Shown: piece by piece, positions 37,533 to 49,622 of the stretch
Layout: every line of letters starts with the position of its first letter
How positions within the stretch are numbered: position 1 is the first letter of the stretch
Source of the DNA: Antedon mediterranea
Lineage: Eukaryota; Animalia; Echinodermata
Direction of reading: 5' to 3'
DNA: 64,000 nt
Assembly (NCBI RefSeq): GCF_964355755.1
Contig: NC_092678.1
Location: 19,113,365-19,177,364 of the forward strand
The notes under the pieces: model-generated
Seen by the model: the letters and a program-made list of their open reading frames with translations, nothing else
What the model was told of the DNA's origin: nothing
The model's database searches: none
Translations under genes and position numbers: made by a program

Positions 37533-37846
37533 TATATTGTAATTCATAAGTAATAATAATAATTCAACATTTATTAGTTTCTATCAAAAAAACAATACAA
37601 TAAAAAAGAATGATAATTTATAAGTATTTATAAATAAACATTCTATGAAGTGCAATAAAAACTGATAATTATTAACATGTCATATTATCAGTGATAAATC
37701 AATTATTAATAATGCTAGTGATTTATTTGTTCTCGAGTTTTATGACCATCAAATACATTTCTCACCATTATGGTAGTTTCCAGAGAGTATCGATAAATAG
37801 ACAACAAACATGTGTGTAAAGATAATGAAGTTTACATAATGACAGT

Positions 37847-38360
37847 GGGTATTGCTAAACCCCGCAAACCCCCGCAAACCTCCAAAAAAACATAAAAGTG
37901 ATTGAATCATGTAGTGTACAACTCACTAGGTATATCCATGTAAAAAAAATATTAAATTTCTACTGTTAACTACTTATTTTTGGGGTAAAACATCATTTTT
38001 TGGTCAAAAATGATTGCTAATTTTTAACCAAAAAATGATGTTTTATCCCCCAAAAAGTAGTTAACAGTAGAAATTTAATAATTTATATACCCAGTGGGTC
38101 GTACACTACATTATTTAATCACTTTTATGTTGGTTCGGTGGGGTTTGCTATAGTTTTTTGGAGGTTTGCGGGGTTTAGCAATCATTTTTAACCAAAAAAA
38201 TGATGTTTTACCCCAAAAATAAGTTGTTAACAGTAGAAATTTCATTTTTTTTTTTACATTAATATACACAGTGGGTTGTACACTACATGATTCAATCACT
38301 TTTATGTTGGTTCGGTGGGTTTGCTATGTTTTTGGAGGTTTGCGGTGTTTAGCAATACCC
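37847..38360. mobile_element. Second copy of the GGGTATTGCTAAAC palindromic MITE, 8-bp TSD
   Basis: Same TIR and internal sequence as 7133-7837; ATGACAGT on both sides. A further end fragment lies at ~25680-25774. Confidence 0.9.
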
Positions 38361-38365
38361 ATGAC

Positions 38366-38930
38366 AGTTTATATAGCGCCATATCCGCTATACAGTACTC
38401 ATGGTGTTGTAGACTTCAATATGTAGCTTTTCAACAACATTCTTTTCCCCTAAGGCACACATGCCACTACCGGTCCACTACACACCACCAGTCTGTCCAC
38501 GACAGTGGCTGTGTGAGCTAGCAACCCGCTACTCGTCTCGAAAAATACACATACGCATTATTGTGTACGCTGGACCTACTGTTCGATTTATAGTCCTTAT
38601 CCGAGAAGACTTGTTTTATACTATCACCGGACCCATGGAGCGAGTGACTCTCGCCTTCTTGGCATAAGGGGGTGTCTAGAAAACTCAGATCTAGAAAACT
38701 CCGATCTCAGATATACCTGAGTTTTCTAGATCTAGACAACTCATTTATCTGACTTTTCTAGATCTAGAAAACTCAGATATCTGACTTTCCTAGATCTAGA
38801 AAACTCAGATATCTGACTTTTCTAGATCTAGAAAACTCAGATATATCCGAGATTTAAGTTTTCTAGACACCTGGCATAAGGCTATAGATTACGGTTCCAC
38901 TGTCTTAACCGCTCGGCCATTTACTCCTCA
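38366..38930 (-). mobile_element. tRNA-derived SINE (related to the 35983 copy) with a MITE inserted in its head
   Basis: Reverse complement of the head (ACGGTTCCACTGTCTTAACCGCTCGGCCA, ~38891-38919) and body (TTTATAGTCCTTATCCGAGAAGACT, ~38587-38611). Confidence 0.8.
38669..38871. mobile_element. ~200-bp MITE with 9-bp TSD (Mutator-like)
   Basis: TIR GGTGTCTAGAAAACT / AGTTTTCTAGACACC; TSD TGGCATAAG at 38660-38668 and 38872-38880; internal TCTAGATCTAGAAAACTCAGA palindromic repeats. Confidence 0.85.
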
Positions 38931-39259
38931 CTCAAATAGTCTGTGAGTTGCAATACATACTAAACTGATGCATTCTGTTTTTCCTAGTAATCAGGGAGAC
39001 ACGTGTCCTATAATGCCCTATAGACAATGAGTTTGTAGATAGGACGCTAGTGTTAATAGCTTTTTTCTAAACAAAAGGTACATTGCTTCCCATTGATTTA
39101 TTTACTGTAACTCTATAACTACTGTAGGTAATATGATATGATTACAAATATTATCAGCACTATTAAATATTGATTTAATTGATTAAGATTCAGATGTTAA
39201 AAAAAGAATGAAATTTACTTTACTACAAGGAATGATCGATCGATCGATCGATTATTATA

Positions 39260-39662
39260 GATCACATTTCTGTAAACATCCTATCTGGTAACGATTAGCA
39301 TTTTTGTGCATGTTCACGAGAAAGACAATGAAAGTCAAAAGAGAGTTTACCAGGAGGACAATAACAGGCACGATTATGGTCAAAGCTGGAAGCAGGATTT
39401 TTGTATTTGTTCACAATTGTGCTTTGCAGGTGTTTCCCATAATTTAATACTACAGCACCTGTAAATCTGAATTTTGCGTAGTTTTTGGATCTGTAGTCTT
39501 TATCCATTTCCGTACATCCATATTGGACTGAATTGTTGTCATTAATTATGGACGTTTCATAGTATAGTGCTTTACTACAGAACCCTGCAACTGAATGACA
39601 CCTACCTACTTTTACGAAACGACCTTTAACCCCAGAAGTAAAGAAATAATGAGTATTGTCAT
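39260..39662 (-). pseudogene. Possible decayed gene: signal peptide + Cys-rich three-finger-like (activin receptor/BAMBI-like) ectodomain + TM helix
   Basis: Across three frameshifts: MTILIISLLLGLKVVS / GRCHSVAGFCSKALYYETSIINDNNSVQYGCTEMDKDY / IQIYRCCSIKL / TKILLPALTIIVPVIVLLVNSLLTFIVFLVNMHK. Order and spacing fit a small type I membrane protein. Confidence 0.35.
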
Positions 39663-40872
39663 GTCCTTATGGGTGCCTCTAAGCAAGCCAATTGAGCAGG
39701 GAATGTAAGGCATTTAATGTTGTGATTAATATCTCTATGGATTGTTTCATTACAAGTTGCCAACACCCTAGGTGGCAATCAGATAACAGTACTGCGAAAA
39801 TGCTAGTAGGTACAATTCTTTTGCATTCAAGTAACTGCAAAAAATGATAGCTTGACATACTGTAAACAAATGTTTATTGACAAATATACCCAAATACTGT
39901 ATTTAAAAGATCCCCAGCACTTGTACGGTACCCAGGGAATGTGTGTATGCGGCTGTATGGTTGGTACTTCTAAGGGATAGCTATTAATAGTATTACTGTA
40001 TATACAAATTTTATTTTAAATTGTGGAATTATGTTTTGCTTAAAGCCGTCAAAATTAGCAATTGAAATGACATTGACAGGTACCCTCTTGTTTGTAGGTT
40101 TTAGCAAGTAAAAACTCATGAGGTAGATTTTGCTTTCAGCACAATTAGCACCACAGCGGGGATATCATAAATCTCGCTATTCTGAAATCATATCATTCCT
40201 AATGTGTTATCAAAATATGGTTCTGCAGTAAAGTTGTACTTTAATACTTTACATTCCTGGTACTAAATGGATAGTATGCCCAAATATAACCTGTCACCTC
40301 AGAGTTTGTTTACAATCTGTATTTCAGTAGGGATTCCTAGGCTTAGCAGGCAGAATGCTGTAATCTCTCATATACCTCTACTGCCATCATGATGCCTTCC
40401 TGGTGTCCAGTTGCTTTTTGTTAATTTTATGCCAATATCCAACCAGGATGCATATTTTGCTCAAACAGGTGGGCTAAAGTACACAGGTGTTTTTGTATGA
40501 ATTTTACCATTTAGAGTTTAATAGCAAATGACAATTGGATAATAACACTGTACTATAGCTCTGTTACTGTTAAAGAAAAGTTCATCTTCTACTGTTGTTT
40601 GTAGTACTATGATTTGAATTTTTTTTGCACTACAGCATAGTACAGTATGTTTCACCACAGACAAAAATTAAATCCAGGGGTATTAAAAAATGAAATACAT
40701 GCTAAAGTGTGCAATGTACAGTACTGTACCTGTATAGCCAGGCCTAATCTAATTGCATCAAAAAAAAATTGCAGGCACATATTTTTCGGCCATAATTTTT
40801 TATATCAGGAGCATAAGGCAGCCACCACCCATCCCACCTTTTTTTCAAAAAATGTCCTGTATTAAACCCTGC

Positions 40873-41025
40873 CTGCACTATTAAACTTTATGTGACAAAA
40901 AAATTGTGATGTGCCCATATGGACATGATAATGTCATATCACTATCATATTTGACCATATCACTACCATATTTAGGCACATCATACTTTTTTGTCACATA
41001 AAGTTTGATAGTGTAGACAGAGCTT
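40873..41025. mobile_element. Short MITE family (CTACACTATCAAACT...AGTTTGATAGTGTAGACAGAGC)
   Basis: Related copies at ~25255-25335, 53368-53632 and ~55385-55520. Confidence 0.75.
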
Positions 41026-42594
41026 TATACTGTGGAAAATGTGGTAATGGTTCTTCGTAGAATGGTGCAAAAGCGACATCGGTTCGGCAACCTATACAGT
41101 AGCATCCATTGTATAACACATACATAAATTGATTGTTTAAGCTTGGTTCCCACTAGGATAAGCAAAATTCAAGTGATTTGACCAATCGTAAACAGTTTGA
41201 AAGATCTGTCACTTGTGATTGGTTAAATCAATCCCTGCATTGAATCAAGCTAAAGTTGTCTTGTCATGTCACTTTATTTTGGTCATGTCATAATACTAAA
41301 ATGGAAAATTCTGTTTAATCTCGCATAATACAAATTGACTGATGATAATTATTTAAATAAAAGACAACAACTTTTATTCCCATTCACCATTTATTCTAGT
41401 ATTATTGAAATATACAGATTTTAGCAATCTGATATTTTTATGGACTTTCATTGCAATCCATCATCATAAAAACTATTGAAAAATGTACAGATTTTTAATC
41501 TACTTTATATGAATTTTCCATCCATCTTAACATAAAAATTGATGTTAACTAATTTGAACACAAAAAGACTTAATTGATTGATGTTAATCATTGTAGTTTA
41601 AACTAAAAAAAAAAGCTTATATAAAACATTTATATTATTCCCATTCACTTTTTATTAAATGTACAAATTTTTAATCTAATTTATATGAACTTTCCATCCA
41701 TCTTAAATTTAATCAAACATAGTAAATAATGTAAAATAAAATAAAAGTGTAATTACATCAACGATCAACGGCAATTAACTTTTTTTAGATTAAATAGATT
41801 AAAAAAAAATGTTTTATCGTGCTGTTTGCTTATTGTTTAAATCAGTAGTACTAAAAAAAACTGTTAACATTTCCCAAAATTCCATACCAGAGTCATGTTC
41901 AAAACCGTTACCATTTCAAATAAACTATTATTTGGTAAAAGACGTTTAATGGTGTTCGAACACACAATCAGTGAGGTATTTTGGACTAATGTTTATTTTG
42001 AAAAAGTCAATAAATCTGCAATTGTTTTTGTACACATTTGGAGGTAATTTTATTCTAGATTATTGATAAATCAGTTATTTCCTTGAAGCAGAAACTGGCC
42101 CTTATTCAACCACCATTACTTAACAAAAATATACCATAACCATGAGTACTAAACAATTTTGTAAAGTATATTATATTTAAACTAATCTAATAACAATTGT
42201 AATGTACACCAACTGTTATTGTTTGTTTATTTTTCAACTAACTTTAATCAAGTACACCAAATTTTATATTTTTGAAAAAAAAAGAAAGAAAAAAAAACAC
42301 AGGTAATTTTTTAATATAAAATATTATGCTTATACACTAATTTTACTTTTACTATTTCTATTCTATTTTGTGTAGTATTTTTATCTTGTATTTAAACTAC
42401 TCAGGCTCACTCCAGAAACACCTGACCCATAACAGGAATAAAGGATACACAATAGTAGAATGCCCTATATAAATGAAAATGTTGATAAATCTGATTGATG
42501 ATTTTAATCTACAAAACATTATGCACTCTTTCTTGCTCATTGCTTCAATTCATGATTTACTTTTATTATAATTGTTAGATAATTCAGTGACTAG

Positions 42595-45500
42595 TTAAAC
42601 AGTGGTAGTTTCCTCTAGTTCATTTATACCTTCTGATGAATTTGAATTTGAACTTAAATTTGAACCTGCGCTGTTAAGTTTTCCATTAGCCAGATAATAT
42701 TCAATGTCGCACCGAATACTTTTTAAAAGAACCTTTTCTTTACTCTCTTCTTCTGCTTTATTCCACATTATTTTTCTAAAAAGATGTATGATACCAGCAA
42801 TTAAAACGGCTGCAAGTAGCTTCATCTGTTGATTTAGCTTACTGATGTCGTCTATGAAGAGTAGCGTTGAAATTCCAATCCAAAGTAGAAGGCATATGAT
42901 TATAATTTTTATGATGATAGTCACAATTTGGATCTCTGTTGATCTATACTTCAGAACAATTAAATCAAAGAGAGTCTTTTCAACACAAATTAAGCCTTCA
43001 GTGTCCTGCCGAATTTCGTATGGTGTAGATGTAGGAGTTTCACCAGCAGGTTGTGAACTGGCTTCTGCTGATGTACCAGCTATCTGATTACCAGTGAGTT
43101 GTGAACTGGCACCTTTTGATGTACCAGCTATCTGATTACCAGTGAGTTGTGAACTGGCACCTTTTGATGTACCAGCTATCTGATTACCAGTGGGTTGTGA
43201 ACTGGCACCTTTTGATGTACCAGCTATCTGATTACAAGTGAGTTGTGAACTGGCACCTTTTGATGTACTAGCTTTCTGATTACCAGTGGGTTGTGAACTG
43301 GCACCTTTTGATGTACTAGCTATCGGATTACCAGCGGGTTGTGAACTGGCACCTTTTGATGTACAGGTACTAGCTTTCTGATTACCAGTGAGTTGTGAAC
43401 TGGCACCTTTTGATGTACTAGCTTTCTGATTACCAGTGGGTTGTGAACTGGCATTTTTTGATGTACTAGCTTTCTGATTACCAGTGAGTTGTGAACTGGC
43501 TTCTGCTGATGTACCAGCTATCTGATTACCAGTGGGTTGTGAACTGGCATCTTTTGATGTACTAGCTTTCTGATTACCAGTGGGTTGTGAACTGGCACCT
43601 TTTGATGTACCAGCTTTCTGATTACCAGTGTGTTGTGAACTGGCACCTTTTGATGTACCAGCTTTCTGATTACCAGTGGGTTGTGAACTGGCACCTTTTG
43701 ATGTACTAGCTTTCTGATTACCAGTGAGTTGTGAACTGGCATCTTCTGATGTACCAGCTTTCTCATTACCAGTGAGTTGTGAACTGACATCTTCTGATGT
43801 ACCAGCTTTCTGATTACCAGTGAGTTGTGAATTGGCATCTTTTGATGTACCAGCTTTCTGATTACCAGTAGGCTGTAAAATGTGGTCAGCTGATGTACCA
43901 GGTATCTGATTATCAGTAGGTTGTAAATTGGGGTCTGCTGTAGTAGGAATGTATAAGTAGCCATCATTTCTCTTATATGTACATTGATGAAAAGGGGGCA
44001 GTTTATCATCAGATACCTGCACTATGCCATCATCAATCAACTCTTCAAAGACAGATACTATTTTCTGCAAGAGAACTACATATCCATGGTAATAATCTGT
44101 TATAGTTGAAATGATGTAACCAATCACAATTACAGCGGCAGCCGCAATGATGCCAGAGGTACTGGGGTTCAACAGCAAACCAATGAAGAAGTAACATGGA
44201 ATCTCAGATATGTATGCAAATGTAGATGTAAGTTTTAAGATATAAGCAAATGGCATAATGACAACACCCACAGGTATTATGAAAAAGTTCAAAATAGCAG
44301 TTTGAATACTATTTACATCTGTTTTAATAAAAAACCAAAAATTGAAAAATGGAATAGCATTTATGAATGTTAACAAAGTGTATACAAATAGAACTGGTAC
44401 TGCAAAAAGGATCATTTTTAGTAATACTAGTCGAGGTCCCATAAATGAAGAAGACAAATCATGTAATAAAATATACCCACGCTTCCAATGATCCATTGAT
44501 ATAGCTACTGTTGCTTTTTTCTTCATTAATAATACAAGTTTGGCACTGAAACTATTTGTTGGAATTATGGATTCAGGGACTTTAAACTGTTCCAGAACTA
44601 TATAGCTCTTCGTATAACGATGTATATATTCAGTTTTAAACAATCTTTTATTCTTCAACCAGGATATTACCACAATAAGTGACATAATGAAAAAATAACA
44701 GTTACTAAAAACAATGAAAACCCAGAAAAGTACCTTTATTCTTCCAAATTTAATCATTGCTGTCCAACGACGGTTAAAATGATCAGGGTCAGAGACATGT
44801 GCAATGAAATATGTGCAAGTGCAATTACTAGCAGCCAACGTGAAATAAAAATACAATCATATTTGTTCCCACTAAAAAGTAGCCGATATCTAGGGCCCAT
44901 TGGTAAATCTGTGCGTGAGCTCAAATACTTTTTTTTGTTTTTATCCTTCATTGGTTTTACATGAGAAAAAAAGGAGATGAAGAACACGTTGAAAAACAAT
45001 GTGAATATGATACTAAGAACAACAAATGCGAAGAGAAAGACATGTGTCGCAAATTTACTTCGTTCAACTGAAATATCTTCTGCATTTTGCCAGCATTGAA
45101 AGTAGGAACTGACTTGAAGAAGAGTGTAATGGCAATTAACTACAGTGTAATAGTAAATTCCAGTTACCTTGTCACTGCTTAGCTGTCGTTCGATACACAC
45201 ATCTAGTTTCGCATTTTCATCACTTTTAAACTGCAAAAGGGAATTTGCAATTATGTTCAACTTGTCTTCATTATCAACATCATAGAAACACTCGGGTACT
45301 AATGTGACGTTTACGTAGATATGTTCCACACCAGGAGTTAGAGTTCCAAGTGACAGATATTCAAAATCAAATGGGAAAGTCAAAAGTAGTTCACCAGTTT
45401 TCCCGACAGCCACAACCCAATGATTTACATCAATCACTGTTGTATTTTCATAAAAACTCTTTCCAACAGAATCCGAAGCATCAACAAAATTCAACATCTT

Positions 45501-45689
45501 TATGTTGATAAAGACAGCATTACCATTCAAGAGTTTTTGCAAAACATCTGTGCCATCCATCTCCAGTAGGCAGGTTGTATTATCTGATGCCATGCTTGCA
45601 GAGGCGTTTCTGGATGCAGAGACGTTTCTAGATGATGTCACAATACACATTGCTGTCATAGGAAACAATAAGCTCCAAAAACCTACCAT
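42595..45689 (-). CDS. Nested antisense gene in GNAI intron 2: ~1,030-aa multi-pass membrane protein of unknown function, interrupted by one frameshift near 44790-44856
   Basis: Two long overlapping ORFs (44754..45734 and 42595..44856). Likely start is the ATG at 45689 (MVGFWSLLFPMTAMCIVTS, signal-like), just after a TTTTCAG acceptor at ~45721. Then a Cys- and sequon-rich ectodomain, several hydrophobic segments, a 16-aa repeat loop and two C-terminal TM segments. Confidence 0.8.
43045..43940 (-). repeat. Coding 48-bp tandem repeat (GNQKAGTSKGASSQPT), ~18-19 units
   Basis: In-frame repeat within ORF 42595..44856; one unit has a frame-preserving 6-nt insertion. Confidence 0.95.
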
Positions 45690-48539
45690 GATTTTATGTG
45701 GGAGATATGAATATCGGACACTGAAAATAAACAAAATGGATCAATATTAATTTGAGGTTATTTTTCTCCCTGATAGAATTAAATAGAGATCTTCACCCCC
45801 ACACAAATGTGTGACTGTGAACAATATCGGTATTTTTTATATCGTCGATGTATAAGATGCACTTTATATTTCATCAAAACAATGTTTTTTTAAATCAATC
45901 AATATTATTGTAATAATATATTTTGTTATATATACAACGGCGTCCTTTATTTAGGTTTTTTCTTACCTAAGCTTGGCCGCGCCCAGCCTCAACAAGAAGG
46001 GAAGTCCCCCATTCCGTCAGTTCTTTCTAACTTGTTATTCATGGGTCTCTTCCAGCTCCGGCAGCCGGGAACATTTGAGTGGGGGGTACGGCGGTCGGCG
46101 ATCGTGCGTATAACATAATATTCCAATTGTAAACGTTTTACAAATGAAATTTTATCGGATCGAGCGCCTAAAACAGCTCCATATGAACAAATCTTTTCAT
46201 CATATTTAGTATAACATCACGCTAAAATGCCTTGAAAACTAGGCGTTACGTTAGTACACTGTAGGAGGCCTACTCTTAGTACTAGGCCTTACCTTAAAAA
46301 GCCCAGGCCTAGCCAACAAGTTTTCGATATGTACAATCTGTGTAGTGAGGCATTTATGTTCGGGGTATAATACGCACCCTTAATTTAGAGGTCAAATTTG
46401 CATCTCAAAAGTGCTACTTATACACGAAATATACGGTACATCTCCAAACATTGTAGAACAAGAATAGGAATTGTTGTAGTAAGCCACAATTGTTGTATCA
46501 ATTTGTTTAGGGGTTGAAATTGTTTAATGTTCATCGCGGAGGCAAAATACATTCGCCAATTTGGTTCAACAAATTACACAAAAAACTAAAATCGCGAATA
46601 TAAAAGGTCGCGAAATAGTTAAAAATGTAGGTAGCTAGTAGGTACACTTTAAGAAAATAGGGGTTCCTGAGCATTCTACCGATCTATATTAATTTTAAAA
46701 TTTGCACTACACCATATGGTGAAATATGACCTGAAATTGATGAGTACCAAATTTGGTTTAATTATGGTACAGTATGCTTGCGAAGATATGATTACAAACA
46801 TGATTTCGTTAATTGCGCGTTGATTCCTGTCCATAAGGAATTAATCAAGATTCTGACAGAATCAATAAGGTTTATGCATGATAATTCATAGAATTAATTT
46901 TGAGGTACAGTACATCTGATGAAAGAAACTGAAGTCACATTCCCTACGTTTTAAATCTACAGTAATTTAAGGTCACTAAACTACATTTAATTTTAATGTA
47001 ACAATAAGTACACTACCGTATATGGTCCTATTGCGATAACCTTTTTCATCTTTAAAATTATGGTTGAAAATGTGAGAAATAAGTTGATTCCAATAATTTA
47101 TACGGCCCACTATAAATCCCAACATGCATTGCATGTGGATTGATATTTTTTTGTTTTTATTCTGCGATTCACCCACTTTCAATCGATCATGAAGGATCAG
47201 ATTCTCGCAAAAACAGAAAGACAATTAATGCAGCAACTAGACAACATCTGGCTAGGCTTATAGCATATGATATTTGTACGTTACTGCTGTTTAACCAGCA
47301 GGCCTACAAAACTAAGCCAAGCTAGGACAGGCCTAAAGAATGCCCATGAGAGGACATTGGAAGTGAGCTATTTAGTGCGCATTGTTTCTCTCTTTTTATC
47401 ATAATTTACTATAAAACATGCATTTAAGTATCCATTATTTTTACAAAACGGCATAAAACATAGGGAATGTGATTTTAAAAGTTAATTCAATAAAGCTAGA
47501 GAGTGAAAACTTAGTGAAAACTAAACAAAAATACAAGGTGGAGAATACTTACCTAGTCAAAGCAAAATAGCGAGCTGTTGTAATTGATGTGCCAATTGGG
47601 TACTGACTGGAATAAGTCTAAATACATGGAATATATAGTGTGGTACTCTGTTTACAAAACAACTTTGCATTCAAATTGACTCTGTTATGTTATGTTTCAT
47701 TTGCATGAATACACCATTTATTATGTTTTTATTTTGATTTCCATTTTTGGAAATCATTAAAAGTTGTGACTGTTTATGGGCATAAATTGTGGAGTATCAC
47801 GTTCTGACGTCACAATACCGTGTGATATTTATCTCGGCAATGGTCCAAGCGTTCAATGAGCTTTTTTCGGTCTTGCGATTCAATGGTAAACAGGCATTGT
47901 ACTTCAGCTTTCAACCGAAAGTTACTTCAAAATCTTCCTTTATATTTACAACATTTCTTGTCTTAAAGTAAACTAATAAATAATAACAAGCTAAATATTT
48001 TCTATTTTCGTTATTTCGACAGTTATTTCGCATTCATTCTTTTCATAACAATACCTGGGTAAACCTAGCTCGGGCTAGGCCTAGTCCGAGGAATGCTTAT
48101 AACATGATGTTAACACAACAACAGAAAGTGACGGGGGCCGCCGTCCGTGTGGCATGCATAGGCCGACACACATTAACACAATACAAAGTAATACTACAGT
48201 AATACTTCAAGGTGTACTTCAGTAATTAACATGCATTACAGTACATTTGATGAAAACTATATTATATACTACCGTATTATCTTTTTTTTTGTATTTCGTG
48301 TGTGGTGCGCAGTTATACTGTAATCTGAAAATTGGGATTTTCTCTACAATCGCTTTCGTGGACTACTGTACGTGCATTTTCGCTTATTGTGGATTACGCG
48401 TAGCATACTACGAAAATCCTATAAATTTGCCATGCAAATTCTAACTCATTTGTTATTATTCATTATTGACGATATAAAAATTATATAAGTATTGGCAATT
48501 TATATAGCAATAGTCATTTCTATTTCTTTTTCCCCCCAG

Positions 48540-48681
48540 AATTATTCATGAAGAAGGCTATACTGAAGATGATTGTTTGCAATATAAGCCAGTGGTATAC
48601 AGTAATACCATACAGTCCATGATTGCAATTATCAGGGCCATGGGATCCCTCAAAATTGACTTTGGTCATCCAGACAGAGCG
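48540..48681 (+). CDS. GNAI: G protein alpha-i subunit, coding exon 3
   Basis: CCCCCCAG, then (K)[47 protein letters not shown], then GTAAGT; 142 nt. Confidence 0.97.
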
Positions 48682-48699
48682 GTAAGTACACAGCTAGTT

Positions 48700-49622
48700 G
48701 ATTGTTTGCAATAAAGTAGCCAGTGGTATACAGTAATACCATACAGTCCATGATTGCAATTATCAGGGCCATGGGATCCCTCAAAATTGACTTTGGTCAT
48801 CCAGACAGAGCGGTAAGTACACAGCTAGTTGATTGTTTGCAATAAAGTAGCCAGTGGTATACAGTAATACCATACAGTCCATGATTGCAATTATCAGGGC
48901 CATGGGATCCCTCAAAATTGACTTTGGTCATCCAGACAGAGCGGTAAGTACACAGCTAGTTGATTGTTTGCAATAAAGTAGCCAGTAATGTACAGTAATA
49001 ACATTCAGTCCATGATTGCTATTATCAGGGCTACAGTATGTGATCCTTTAAAATTGACTTTGGTCATCCAGATAGAGCGGTAAAGTACACATCTAGTTGA
49101 TTGTTCGCAATACAGTAGCCAGTGTTGTACAGTAATACCATACAGTCCATGATTGCTATTATCAGGGCTATGTGATCCTTTAAAATTGACTTTGTTCATC
49201 CAGACAGAGCGGTAAGTACAAAGCTAGTTGATTGTTTGCAATAAGTAGTCCCTGTTAATGTTATACAGTAATACCATACAGTCCATGATTACAATTATCA
49301 GGGCCATGGGATCCCTCAAAATTGAATTTGGTCATCCAGACAGAGCAGTAAATACACATCTAGTCGATTGTTTGCAATACAGTAGCCAGTAATGTACAGT
49401 AATAACATTCAGTCCATGATTGCAATTATCAGGGCTATGTGATCCCTCAAAATTGACTTTGGTCATCCAGACAGAGCGGTAAGTACACATCTACTGTAGT
49501 TGATTGTTTGCAATACAGTAGCCAGTGATATAACAATAATACCATACAGTCCATGATTGCAATTTATCAGGGCTATGTGATCCTTTAAAATTGACTTTGG
49601 TCATCCAGATAGAGTGGTAATT
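48700..49622 (+). repeat. Seven tandem ~131-bp copies of the 3' part of GNAI exon 3 plus its donor region
   Basis: Units start at ~48700, 48831, 48962, 49099, 49230, 49367 and 49502. Each has CAGTCCATGATT...CATCCAGA, and most retain GGTAA. Confidence 0.95.

Noticed and set aside
43518-44009. 163-aa ORF with VIRKLVHQK repeats
   Set aside because: It is an alternative frame of the 48-bp coding repeat of the nested gene.
44790-44860. Programmed -1 ribosomal frameshift
   Set aside because: No canonical slippery heptamer in the correct frame and no obvious downstream structure; an indel is more parsimonious.
48700-49622. Mutually exclusive alternative exon-3 cassettes of GNAI
   Set aside because: The copies lack the 3' splice site and first ~30 nt of the exon, and carry indels and stops.
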